The notes: generated from the letters alone by a model not told the origin. A stretch of DNA of 54,683 nt from an uncultured virus (IMG/VR IMGVR_UViG_3300008266_010073) (IMGVR_UViG_3300008266_010073); one strand, 5' to 3'. Counted from the first letter of the stretch, positions 39,255-50,121 are shown. Program-made: numbers and translations.

Positions 39255-39485
39255 ATGGAAACAAAGAATTTTATAGATAACGTATTTGTCAAATCCATTA
39301 ACATAATGGCCACCAACAAATGGCAATGGCCAGAACGTTGGGATATTGATAGAAAAATACGTTTTCTAACTGATTCACTAAATTATGCAAAAGAAAATGA
39401 GTTTTGGGAACAAGCCGCAATCATCAGAGATGTCAAAGAAAAAATCAACGAAGAAAAGGGGTCAATATCAAGTAGTATTGATTGA
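39255..39485 (+). CDS. small protein with UVR-like motif
   Basis: AKENEFWEQAAIIRD matches the UVR pattern A...E.(F/Y)E.AA.(I/L)RD. Confidence 0.55.
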   Translation: METKNFIDNVFVKSINIMATNKWQWPERWDIDRKIRFLTDSLNYAKENEFWEQAAIIRDVKEKINEEKGSISSSID

Positions 39486-39696
39486 TGACAACGTAAACAC
39501 ATTTGATCATGTTATTGAATGTTTGATTGAAATCTGTGGACATAATTATTTTCAAGCCATACAATCTGCTTTAATTACACACAATGTTAAACAATGTTCT
39601 GTGTTTGTAGATGATTACGATCTATGCACGGACATATGCAGTGAATTAGTTGAAGATGGACTAAATGCAATTGTTACAAAGTATAAATCATTATGA
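39430..39696 (+). CDS. clpS: ClpS-like N-degron adaptor
   Basis: YQVVLIDDNVNTFDHVIECL..IC...A.Q.A...H, GL.A. Confidence 0.8.
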   Translation: MSKKKSTKKRGQYQVVLIDDNVNTFDHVIECLIEICGHNYFQAIQSALITHNVKQCSVFVDDYDLCTDICSELVEDGLNAIVTKYKSL

Positions 39697-39866
39697 ATTG
39701 GATAAGAAAAATACGAATTGGATTTCTACATGCAAAATATCATAGAAATCTAAAACGAGCAGAAGCTGCACGAATCGATCGGGATGTAGTTAAATTTAAA
39801 AAATATGTATATCAAGCAGAGGATGCTTGGAGAAAATTAGTTATATTAGCAGAAAAAACAAAATAA
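39693..39866 (+). CDS. hypothetical protein (57 aa)
   Basis: MNWIRKIRIG..., read by hand; ATGA overlap with the ClpS-like gene. Confidence 0.55.
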   Translation: MNWIRKIRIGFLHAKYHRNLKRAEAARIDRDVVKFKKYVYQAEDAWRKLVILAEKTK

Positions 39867-39869
39867 GTT

Positions 39870-40256
39870 ATGGGTAAAAGATCAGTATACACCGGTGAAT
39901 CAGCAAAGGATCGTTCCGTTAATTTAATGGACAAATTCATCACAAAAAACAACAATAAAGCCAAGCAACATCCGAAACTTCCTGGACGTAGAAAGGATCC
40001 TAATGTTCCATTAGAATTGTGGCCATTAAAAGATCAAATTGAATATTGGGAGAATCGTACGGATGCTGATCGTTTTGATGAAGAGTATTCATGTTATTCA
40101 ACTTGGTATGATGAAGTTAAACGCAAAAGCGGTGTTTATCCTCAAACATTCATAGACTTTACCAGCAAATTAAAACCAGAGATGCGAGCCATGTGGGAAA
40201 ACAAAGTAATGCCGCGTCACGCAGTAATGGAACTTCGCAAAAAAGGAGTATATTGA
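39870..40256 (+). CDS. hypothetical protein
   Basis: 128-aa ORF. Confidence 0.65.
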   Translation: MGKRSVYTGESAKDRSVNLMDKFITKNNNKAKQHPKLPGRRKDPNVPLELWPLKDQIEYWENRTDADRFDEEYSCYSTWYDEVKRKSGVYPQTFIDFTSKLKPEMRAMWENKVMPRHAVMELRKKGVY

Positions 40257-40257
40257 T

Positions 40258-40809
40258 ATGTCAATGCAATACAAATATGTGTATGGTCGAGGCAGGGAAT
40301 CTTTTAATCTTCCCGAGTCGGATATACGATATGCAATTGCAAATACTAAATCAAATGCCGAAGCAGCACGCTTCTTAAAAATATCTTTTGATACCTGGAA
40401 GAAATATGCTAAGATGTATGTTGATTCCGAAACCGGGAAAACATTGTATGATTTGCATACCAATCAGGCCGGGGTAGGTATTCCAAAAGATACTGCAAAA
40501 GCAACATCAGGGCCATATGCAATAGACAAAATACTTTCCGGAGAATATCCAAACTATCCTACATGGAAGCTACGTAATCGCATATTGGCCTTGAACATAA
40601 TGCCAGAAGCGTGTGCATGTTGTGGATATGCAGAACGCAGAGTTACAGATGATACGGTACCATTACTATTAGATCATATGGATGGAGATGAAACCAATCA
40701 TCGCATAGAAAATTTGCAAATGCTTTGCTTGAATTGTTACTATCAACAATCCGGCAATCCTTTCAACAAAGACAAAGAACATTTTTGGAACTATAACCAA
40801 CTAGGTTGA
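40258..40809 (+). CDS. HTH plus HNH-like protein
   Basis: S.AEAARFL.IS..T helix-turn-helix; CACCG...LDHMDG...N..ENL..LC.NCY. Confidence 0.75.
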   Translation: MSMQYKYVYGRGRESFNLPESDIRYAIANTKSNAEAARFLKISFDTWKKYAKMYVDSETGKTLYDLHTNQAGVGIPKDTAKATSGPYAIDKILSGEYPNYPTWKLRNRILALNIMPEACACCGYAERRVTDDTVPLLLDHMDGDETNHRIENLQMLCLNCYYQQSGNPFNKDKEHFWNYNQLG

Positions 40810-40821
40810 TATTTATTTAAA

Positions 40822-41568
40822 ATGATATCACTCAAGAAAATTATAGTAGAAGGACGATATGATAGCTTGGTAACTGAGTTATCACGTAAGCTATTAGCAG
40901 TAGTTAAAGACAGCATTAGTTGTGTGCAAGATCCTAAAGGCGAATTTGCTGGTAAACGTATTTATTTTGAATCTACATCAGATGCGCCAAACATTGACGA
41001 TAATAATTTTCCAGAAGTATATTTTGAAGAAGTTGAGAACGTAACTATTCCATTAGAATTTTATTTAACTTTAAAAGTTCAATGGATTAAAGGGTTAAAT
41101 GATTTTCGATATGGTGGAGATGCTTACAATGAAACAAAGCGAGACTCAGATGACTTACCGTTAATAGAAGTTCGGTTTGAATTAGATCCAGCAGATTATC
41201 CAAAAGTTTTAAATGAAGTTGCAACAGAATTACGTGATATACTACGTCATGAAATTGAACATGTAACACAATCTGGTTGGAACACTATATCAAGTAAATA
41301 CATTAAATCGGATATGCCGCTACGTAAAAAAATAGAAATGGGGGCATTACCTCCGTCAAAATATTTTACGTTGCCAAAAGAAACTCCGGCTATGATTCAA
41401 GGTCTTTATTTCAAAGCTAAAAAATCAAAACAGCCATTTAAACAAGTTGTAGATAATTATTTAAGTAAATGGGTGACTAATGGCACTATGTCTACACAAG
41501 AAAAAGAACAAATAATAAATACATGGAGACAATACCTTCCTAAATTAGGTATACGGCAGGAGTTGTAG
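40822..41568 (+). CDS. HExxH metallopeptidase-like protein
   Basis: LRHEIEHVTQ...YF..P.E..A; N-terminal MISLKKIIVE. Confidence 0.6.
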   Translation: MISLKKIIVEGRYDSLVTELSRKLLAVVKDSISCVQDPKGEFAGKRIYFESTSDAPNIDDNNFPEVYFEEVENVTIPLEFYLTLKVQWIKGLNDFRYGGDAYNETKRDSDDLPLIEVRFELDPADYPKVLNEVATELRDILRHEIEHVTQSGWNTISSKYIKSDMPLRKKIEMGALPPSKYFTLPKETPAMIQGLYFKAKKSKQPFKQVVDNYLSKWVTNGTMSTQEKEQIINTWRQYLPKLGIRQEL

Positions 41569-42287
41569 TGACAAAATTGAAAACATTATTATCAGAAGAC
41601 TTGCATCGTTGGGTAAAAGAAAAATGGACAGACCAACATGGACGTCCTTGTGGTAGTGCCGAAACAAAAGGTGTTAAGAAATGTCGACCTTCACGTAAAG
41701 TATCTAAAGACACTCCTAAAACTTGGAGTTCATTTGACAAAAAAGAGAAAGAAGCTCTAGTACGTCAAAAACGTCGTGTTGGTATGGGTGATCGTACTCC
41801 AAAAGCTGAAGCTGTAATTGATGAAAAGAAAAAAGCTAAACGAGATGCATGTTATCACAAAGTAAAAGCAAGATATGATGTATGGCCATCTGCTTACGGA
41901 TCATTAGCATTATCAAAATGTCGCAATGTAGGCGCGGCGAATTGGGGAAATAAAACAAAGGAATCTATGGAAGAAATGACAGTGTGCAACGAATGTGCGG
42001 TTGCAATGTTAGAAGATATCAAAGCAGGAAAATTGGGAGTTCTGACAGAAGCAGAATACCAAGGACGTAGTGTTAAGTTAGGCAAACCAATGCGAGGTGA
42101 TGTCAAGAAATTCAAAGTCTACGTTAAGAATGACAAAGGTAACGTTGTAAAGGTTAACTTTGGTGACCCTAATATGAGAATACGTAAAAGCAATCCAGCA
42201 CGTAGACGTTCATTCAGAGCTAGACATCGTTGTGATACTCCAGGACCTAGATGGAAAGCAAGATATTGGTCATGTAGAAAATGGTAA
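41568..42287 (+). CDS. basic multidomain phage protein (GTG start)
   Basis: Three Arg/Lys/Cys-rich modules (RW.KEKW..CG..KCRP; WPSAY.S....KCR; VNFGDP...SFRARH.C...YWSC); N-terminal MTKLKTLLSE. Confidence 0.65.
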   Translation: MTKLKTLLSEDLHRWVKEKWTDQHGRPCGSAETKGVKKCRPSRKVSKDTPKTWSSFDKKEKEALVRQKRRVGMGDRTPKAEAVIDEKKKAKRDACYHKVKARYDVWPSAYGSLALSKCRNVGAANWGNKTKESMEEMTVCNECAVAMLEDIKAGKLGVLTEAEYQGRSVKLGKPMRGDVKKFKVYVKNDKGNVVKVNFGDPNMRIRKSNPARRRSFRARHRCDTPGPRWKARYWSCRKW

Positions 42288-42288
42288 T

Positions 42289-42317
42289 TTGGTTATTTGA
42301 TTGTTTTTTATTATAAT
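42289..42317 (+). promoter_or_regulatory. putative promoter TTGG-N19-TATAAT
   Basis: Recurrent spaced motif. Confidence 0.6.
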
Positions 42318-42323
42318 GGGAAT

Positions 42324-42506
42324 ATGGAAATGGCAGATCGTATTGAAGAAATCATGATGGAAGCGTATGCATATGGCATACATCGAGAAGTATTTGAAAC
42401 TGTAGATCAGATCAAACACAATCATCCGTATGATTTAGCTGAAGCATATGAAATTGCATTTCAACAAACCATGTCACGTTATGAACAATCAGATTCTGAA
42501 GATTAA
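42324..42506 (+). CDS. hypothetical protein
   Basis: ATG just after the promoter motif. Confidence 0.55.
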   Translation: MEMADRIEEIMMEAYAYGIHREVFETVDQIKHNHPYDLAEAYEIAFQQTMSRYEQSDSED

Positions 42507-42633
42507 CCTAGGAGCTACCCGAGACTCACAAAAACAACAAGGTTTCTTTGACGGCCGTTTTGTTAGCAGAACAGAACAATCCAAACGGACATATACTCGA
42601 AAAACAAAACACAAACACAAATCATATGAATAA
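42481..42633 (+). CDS. small basic hypothetical protein
   Basis: GFFDGRF...YTRK.KHK. Confidence 0.5.
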   Translation: MNNQILKINLGATRDSQKQQGFFDGRFVSRTEQSKRTYTRKTKHKHKSYE

Positions 42634-43723
42634 ACTAGTACTATTCTTAGCATTAATCATAAGCAGTTTGGGTCGCACTCAAACAGTTATTGATTTTGAT
42701 AACATGGAAACCTCAGGGCCAATGTATATTTTTGCAGGTTGGTGGACACCAGCAGCGACTGCCGGATGGTTTACAAATGCTTCAGTTAGTCCCACACAAA
42801 GTGCAGTAATATACGGATCGGGAACTGGGACATCTGCAGTTGAACAAGATTGGTATGTGCTACCTAACGTAACGGGACTGAATCCTACCAGGTCATATCA
42901 ACTTAAATTTCGATTAGCATCTTATACGTTTTCAAACTCAACAGCAACATCTAGAGGAGTTGATGTAGCAGATTTTGTAGATGTGCAAGTATCCACCGAT
43001 GGTGAAATAACTTATGTATCTGAACTAAGGATTACTGGAAACGGCAATGCACAATGGCCATATACTTCTACTGGAGTTGTAACACATACAGCAAACGGCA
43101 TATTCACTAATTCAGCAGCTCCAACGGGAGATGTATACCAAGCACCTGCAGGCATAACAACTACCGGGCCAACATTTATCACATTGAATCTTCCTGCCGG
43201 CATTACACAAGTAGCAGTTGACATTCTTTGCAGAATTAATTCTGCTGGTGAGGAGTGGTGGTTAGATAACATAGAGTTGATAGAGTTGATACCACTGCCG
43301 GTTGAATTGATTTCGTTTGAAGGTTTCAACACAAAAGATGGCAACGTGCTTACATGGAAAACAGCAACAGAACATAATTCAGATTATTATATAGTAGAAC
43401 GATCTATTACCGGAGAATTCACAGAAAATGATGTTATTGGTTTGAAACCTGCTGCAGGTAACAGTCAGGAATTACTTTCATATGTGTTTGTTGATAACGA
43501 CTTTGAACATGCAATTAATTATTATCGTCTCATTCAAGTAGATAAAGATGGTCAATATGATCTTTACGGACCGATTGCAATCAACAATCAACAACAACTC
43601 AAAAAGATTGTTAGACTATTAAACTCAACGGGACAAGAAGTATCAGAATCATATATAAATCTGCCGGCCGGTATGTATATTGAAATTTATGATGATGGTA
43701 CCATGAAAAAAATCATCAAATAG
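42626..43723 (+). CDS. secreted Bacteroidota-type surface protein
   Basis: Signal peptide; PLPVELISF..L.W.TATE.NSDY..VERS, YYRL.QVD.DG; C-terminal N.TGQ...G.YI..Y.DG...KIIK. Confidence 0.75.
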   Translation: MNKLVLFLALIISSLGRTQTVIDFDNMETSGPMYIFAGWWTPAATAGWFTNASVSPTQSAVIYGSGTGTSAVEQDWYVLPNVTGLNPTRSYQLKFRLASYTFSNSTATSRGVDVADFVDVQVSTDGEITYVSELRITGNGNAQWPYTSTGVVTHTANGIFTNSAAPTGDVYQAPAGITTTGPTFITLNLPAGITQVAVDILCRINSAGEEWWLDNIELIELIPLPVELISFEGFNTKDGNVLTWKTATEHNSDYYIVERSITGEFTENDVIGLKPAAGNSQELLSYVFVDNDFEHAINYYRLIQVDKDGQYDLYGPIAINNQQQLKKIVRLLNSTGQEVSESYINLPAGMYIEIYDDGTMKKIIK

Positions 43724-43724
43724 G

Positions 43725-43753
43725 TTGGATCGTAACAATTTATTTATTATATT
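43725..43753 (+). promoter_or_regulatory. putative promoter TTGG-N19-TATATT
   Basis: Recurrent motif; the surrounding region is near-duplicated at 44980. Confidence 0.65.
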
Positions 43754-43775
43754 TAAAGTATAAAAATAATGAGTT

Positions 43776-44912
43776 ATGAAAAGAAAAACGTTTGGTATTA
43801 TTAATGGCAATCAAGTCATTGAAGTTGGAACAGGTAATGACATCACTGCATTGTTCCGTGACATTATGATTAAGGCAGCAATAAAGAATGGCAAAGCCTT
43901 AGCATTCGATCAAGACACAGGTAGAGCACGACAAGTAGATATGTCAGAAATTCCCACAGAACCTGTTATTCCCACATCACAACCAGTTAAGGATGCAGAT
44001 CCAGTATTAGCATTGATTACCAATGCTCCTAAGATTAAACCTAGGGACTTGGAGATGTCTGATATTAAATGGAAGTATCTGGTACGATCAGCAGTTCGAG
44101 GTAAAAACATCATGATGGTTGGTCCTGCAGGTTGTGGTAAGACACAAGCAGCAAAGGCATTGCCGATAGCAACCAATCGTCCTTTCTTTTATTTTAACTT
44201 GGGTGCTACTCAAGATCCTAGAGCAACGCTTATTGGTAACACGCATTTCAAAGATGGTCAGACAACCTTTGATGAGTCTGCATTTGTAAAAGCAATTCAA
44301 ACAGAGAATGCAGTTATTTTGCTAGATGAGTTATCTCGTGCGCATCCTGAAGCTTGGAACATTCTTATGACAGTGTTAGATGAAGGTCAACGCTACTTGA
44401 GATTGGATGAAGATATTAGTGCTCCTACCATTCATGTAGCTCCGGGAGTATCCTTTATTGCAACTGCAAACATTGGTACCGAATATACATCGACACGGGT
44501 ATTGGATCGTGCATTGATGGATCGTTTTGAAATCATTGAAGTAGATATTTTATCAGTAGAACAGGAAGAAATTCTTTTGACAAAACGATATGGTGACAAA
44601 GTATCAGCCGATCTTATTCATGCAGTAGCAGACATTGCGGATGCTACACGTAAAGAATGGAGAAGTGAAACTGGCAAGTTGTCTACCATGATATCAACCC
44701 GTATGACAGTTCGTGTATGTGAATTGTTGAGTGATGGGTTTGATTTGGGAGAAGCAGCTGAGGTAGCAATCCTTCCGTTTTTTGATGCATCAGGTGGTAC
44801 CGATTCGGAAAGAACCTTTGTGAAACAAATCATTCAAAAGCATATGGCAACGGCTGAGAAAGACATTTTCAATACCGGTGAAGTTAATGATCACGATAAC
44901 ATTCCATTTTAA
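43776..44912 (+). CDS. MoxR-family AAA+ ATPase (CobS/CbbQ-like)
   Basis: GPAGCGKT, LLDELSR, ATAN, DRALMDRF, ISTR. Confidence 0.9.
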   Translation: MKRKTFGIINGNQVIEVGTGNDITALFRDIMIKAAIKNGKALAFDQDTGRARQVDMSEIPTEPVIPTSQPVKDADPVLALITNAPKIKPRDLEMSDIKWKYLVRSAVRGKNIMMVGPAGCGKTQAAKALPIATNRPFFYFNLGATQDPRATLIGNTHFKDGQTTFDESAFVKAIQTENAVILLDELSRAHPEAWNILMTVLDEGQRYLRLDEDISAPTIHVAPGVSFIATANIGTEYTSTRVLDRALMDRFEIIEVDILSVEQEEILLTKRYGDKVSADLIHAVADIADATRKEWRSETGKLSTMISTRMTVRVCELLSDGFDLGEAAEVAILPFFDASGGTDSERTFVKQIIQKHMATAEKDIFNTGEVNDHDNIPF

Positions 44913-44930
44913 GATCTTTTTCATAGCTCA

Positions 44931-44970
44931 AAGAAGGGGGTAAATTGTTTAATCAATTGCCCTCTTTTTT
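44931..44970 (+). terminator. probable intrinsic terminator
   Basis: Imperfect stem AAGAAGGGGGTAAATTG / CAATTGCCCTCTT followed by a T run. Confidence 0.6.
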
Positions 44971-44981
44971 ATGCATTTTGG

Positions 44982-45013
44982 TTGGATCGTACTGAATAAT
45001 TTCTTATATTTAT
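44982..45013 (+). promoter_or_regulatory. putative promoter TTGG-N19-TATATT overlapping ATATTTAT
   Basis: Both recurrent motifs coincide here. Confidence 0.65.
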
Positions 45014-45032
45014 AATATAAAATAATTGAGAT

Positions 45033-47057
45033 ATGCAAAAGAATCTAGGGTTTAAAGGCTTTTATAACACTGCAGCATCAAGCTTCTGGCTGGGGCAAGA
45101 TTTTGATGTTTCATTCAAAGAAAACAATAACGTTGATTATACTAAATTGGCTGCGGCTCAACGTGCCATTGGTAATTTTGTTAACATTGTTACAGGCAAA
45201 CAAATACCAGTAGTATTTCAAAGCAATGATAACAGCTACACTGATGGCGAGCGTGTTGTTATTGGTACCAAGTTGGAAGATAAAAATTTCGATCCTGCAG
45301 TAGGATTGGCATTGCATGAAGGATCACATATTGCATTCACAGACTTTTCTTTATTTGCTGGGGCTACTCGATTGAGTAATAGTCCATTTGCAAATGCCAT
45401 TCGTTTGCGAGGGATGGATCCGAATATGGATATGACTGAAGAAGACTTTGCTGTCATTAAAGATTTGTTGAATTGGATTGAAGATCGTCGCATTGATTAT
45501 AAAGTATATACCAATGCTCCAGGATACCGTGTGTATTATGAAGCAATGTATGACAAATACTTCAATGATAAGATTATTGATAAAGCTCTTCTTGCAGGAG
45601 AAAAATGCGAAGAGAATATGGATTGTTACATGTTCCATATTATTAATTTTACTAATCCTAATCGTCAATTAGATACCTTAAAGGATTTGCGAAACATATG
45701 GAATTTGATTGATTTGAAATCAATTAGTAGATTAAAAACAACCACAGATGCGTTGGAAGTTGCGTGTGACGTATACAAAATTTTGAAAGCTGCAATTAAA
45801 GATGCCGAGGCAGAACAAGAAGTTAAAATGAATAAAGCTGGTGGTAATTTTTCTGGAGAAGAAGGACCTGACGGTGATGGTGAAGCTTCAGATAGTGGTG
45901 ATCCAATTGGTGCAGATCAACCCGGAGATATTAAAACATCTCAATTATCGGATAAGGAGTTAGCTAAACTAGAAAAAGCCATTGAAGCACAACGTGAATT
46001 CATTAAAGGTAATGCAAAGAAAACGGGTAAGTTGTCAAAGCAAGACAAACAGCTAGTAGATGCCATAAAAGAATCTGGTACCGAGACACGCGATGTTGCA
46101 ACAGGACCAAAAGGTGATGAATGCCCGGTAACAACGGTTGTAATTAAAAAGTTAACTCCGGCAATCATAGACAACTTACCAGAACTATTTCAACATCATT
46201 CCTCAGCTGTATTGCAAGAAAATTTATCTATATCATCAGATAATTATAGAACTAGATATATCAAAGCAATGGATGATGCCGTGCAACAAGGAATATTGTT
46301 AGGTAGACGTTTAGGATCTAAATTGCAACTAAGAAATTCGGATCGAAGTCTTAAATCTACAAGACTTACTGCGGGTAAAATTGATAGAAGATTGGTATCT
46401 CAATTGGGATATGAAAATGTAAATGTATTTCATAGAATCGTAACTGACAGATATAAAAATTATTTTATTCATATTTCAATCGATGCATCAGGCTCGATGG
46501 CTGGAAATAAGTTTCATCAAGCTATACTTAGCGCCGTTGCAATTGCTCAGGCAGCATCAATGACAACGGGAATCCGAGTACAAATATCTCTTCGAGGTAC
46601 TGATAATCTTAATAGCAGTCGAGAAAAATGTGTCACGATGTATGCATATGATTCGGCTCATGACAAAATGAATAAGATTAAAACTTATTTCAAATTCTTA
46701 AGCACATTTGGTTGTACTCCAGAAGGAATTGCATTCAAAAGTATTGAAAAAGATCTTAAGGCAGATGCTAAAGGTGATGAATTGATTTTTATTAATTATT
46801 CAGATGGTGAACCCACTCCAGTATCCGGAGGTCATCATCAATACAATGGCATTGAATTTACACGTCGCATTGTTAATCTATTCCGCGAATCAGGTATCAA
46901 TGTTATTAGTTATTTCATAAAAACCGAGCATTATGGTGGAAGTTCTAAAGAAAACTTTCATATAATGTATGGTCCGGATGCAAAGTTTATTGATCCGAGT
47001 GATATGCGAGACATTGCAAAAACAATGAACTCAAAATTCTTGGAAATGGTTAAGTAA
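45033..47057 (+). CDS. vWA domain protein with N-terminal HExxH domain (CobT-like MoxR partner)
   Basis: ALHEGSH, N.IED.RID, acidic linker, MIDAS DASGSM, SDG.P. Confidence 0.85.
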   Translation: MQKNLGFKGFYNTAASSFWLGQDFDVSFKENNNVDYTKLAAAQRAIGNFVNIVTGKQIPVVFQSNDNSYTDGERVVIGTKLEDKNFDPAVGLALHEGSHIAFTDFSLFAGATRLSNSPFANAIRLRGMDPNMDMTEEDFAVIKDLLNWIEDRRIDYKVYTNAPGYRVYYEAMYDKYFNDKIIDKALLAGEKCEENMDCYMFHIINFTNPNRQLDTLKDLRNIWNLIDLKSISRLKTTTDALEVACDVYKILKAAIKDAEAEQEVKMNKAGGNFSGEEGPDGDGEASDSGDPIGADQPGDIKTSQLSDKELAKLEKAIEAQREFIKGNAKKTGKLSKQDKQLVDAIKESGTETRDVATGPKGDECPVTTVVIKKLTPAIIDNLPELFQHHSSAVLQENLSISSDNYRTRYIKAMDDAVQQGILLGRRLGSKLQLRNSDRSLKSTRLTAGKIDRRLVSQLGYENVNVFHRIVTDRYKNYFIHISIDASGSMAGNKFHQAILSAVAIAQAASMTTGIRVQISLRGTDNLNSSREKCVTMYAYDSAHDKMNKIKTYFKFLSTFGCTPEGIAFKSIEKDLKADAKGDELIFINYSDGEPTPVSGGHHQYNGIEFTRRIVNLFRESGINVISYFIKTEHYGGSSKENFHIMYGPDAKFIDPSDMRDIAKTMNSKFLEMVK

Positions 47058-47070
47058 ATATTTATATTAA

Positions 47071-48716
<1,646 letters not shown>

Positions 48717-48717
<1 letters not shown>

Positions 48718-48947
48718 TGGAACAGCGATTGTTTGACAAGCTCAAAAAATTAACTAGTAAAAAACGTCGTAGGCCGGTGGAAGATATCCATCGGTCTATG
48801 GACATTGTGGAATTTATTCTGCATGAAGCAGAGGATTTTGGAGTATTGATTCCAACAGTTACATATGCATTACGACACATGAAAGAAAATCCCAAATTGG
48901 ATATATCAGATGCAATAGTACTAGGATATGAAGATTGCACTAAATAA
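48717..48947 (+). CDS. hypothetical protein
   Basis: 76-aa ORF with a TAATG overlap. Confidence 0.6.
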
Positions 48948-48967
48948 GAACGTTTAACGAGGTTACA

Positions 48968-49309
48968 ATGAAAGTAAATAAAGAAGATATCGGTGGAGAA
49001 ATAATACGTGACACCGAAGTATATCAAGTAATAGACAATAAATTATTGAATAACTTGACATTATCTAAAACTATACTATATCCGTTGCAAAGAACGGGTG
49101 GTCATAGCCATGAAGGATTAGAAGAAGTATACTTTTTCATGTCTGGATCGGGTAGGATGCAATTGGATCATGAGAACACAGAAAGCATGTTAAGTGTAAG
49201 AGCAGGAGATATTGTATTGATTCCTGCAGGAGCATATCATCGTGTATACAACGACATGATGGATACCAATTTAGAATTTGTTTGTGTGTTCCAAAGTTAT
49301 ACCAGATGA
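48968..49309 (+). CDS. cupin domain protein
   Basis: GHSH...EEVYFF.SG.G...GDIVLIP.G.YHRV.N. Confidence 0.85.
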   Translation: MKVNKEDIGGEIIRDTEVYQVIDNKLLNNLTLSKTILYPLQRTGGHSHEGLEEVYFFMSGSGRMQLDHENTESMLSVRAGDIVLIPAGAYHRVYNDMMDTNLEFVCVFQSYTR

Positions 49310-49518
49310 TACCAGTATACAAACACGGAGATTCTGCATACGTTGTGTTGCGACAAAAGCCGATACATTACTTTGCACCTAAGTTAGAAGAACAACCTGA
49401 TATGCAGCATGTGCAACAATACATGCAATGGTGTGGTGCTGATCATGTATTGCGAACACAGACACATTTCATGTTTTGCGAAACAGTTCCGGATATAGAT
49501 TTTGAAATTGTGGAATAA
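49306..49518 (+). CDS. hypothetical protein
   Basis: ATGA overlap with the cupin gene. Confidence 0.55.
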   Translation: MIPVYKHGDSAYVVLRQKPIHYFAPKLEEQPDMQHVQQYMQWCGADHVLRTQTHFMFCETVPDIDFEIVE

Positions 49519-49529
49519 TTTCATATAAT
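49501..49529 (+). promoter_or_regulatory. putative promoter TTTG-N19-TATAAT
   Basis: Recurrent spaced motif. Confidence 0.55.
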
Positions 49530-49534
49530 AGGTT

Positions 49535-49801
49535 ATGACAGAAAAGGAAGTACAACTGCTAGGATTTCAAAAAGAAATCTATGATGAGTGGGATGACAGT
49601 AGAGGTAATACTGGTTATGAATATTATTATTATCATGACATTACTAAAGGATTATCCTTTATTTCATCAGATTCACAAGAAAGCGGAAAGGATGATAACT
49701 GGTACATTGAAGTATTCAATACAGAAGATCCTATTCGTTTCCATAAATTTGAAGAAGTACAGGCTTTGATTAATTTATTTGAAAAACATTTGATCAAATG
49801 A
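49535..49801 (+). CDS. hypothetical protein
   Basis: 88-aa ORF. Confidence 0.6.
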   Translation: MTEKEVQLLGFQKEIYDEWDDSRGNTGYEYYYYHDITKGLSFISSDSQESGKDDNWYIEVFNTEDPIRFHKFEEVQALINLFEKHLIK

Positions 49802-50022
49802 CAGTTCGAGAATTGATAGAACAACTAAGTTTGTTGGATCCTGAGTTACATGTATTCGTTACTGGATATGAAGGCGGATTTCATTATGCTAAAATTTCAA
49901 ATGTTAAAGATATTAGTTTGAATTGGCATACTGAATGGTATTATGGACCACATGAACTAACTGAAAGTGTTAGAGAGGAATTCAGATCACAACACGAACA
50001 AGTAAAAGGAATAGTATTATGA
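49798..50022 (+). CDS. hypothetical protein
   Basis: MTVRELIEQL..LDP.L.V...GYEGG, a pattern typical of small phage ORFs. Confidence 0.6.
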   Translation: MTVRELIEQLSLLDPELHVFVTGYEGGFHYAKISNVKDISLNWHTEWYYGPHELTESVREEFRSQHEQVKGIVL

Positions 50023-50120
50023 TACGATGGTTTGAATTGCATTTTGGATTCTTGTTTGTCAAATCCAATCGAAGAGTTGCTTACGCTGAATATTTAAGAA
50101 AAAAGTATAGCAAAGGATAG
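50019..50120 (+). CDS. small hypothetical protein (33 aa)
   Basis: Read by hand; ATGA overlap; fills the gap. Confidence 0.4.
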   Translation: MIRWFELHFGFLFVKSNRRVAYAEYLRKKYSKG

Positions 50121-50121
50121 T

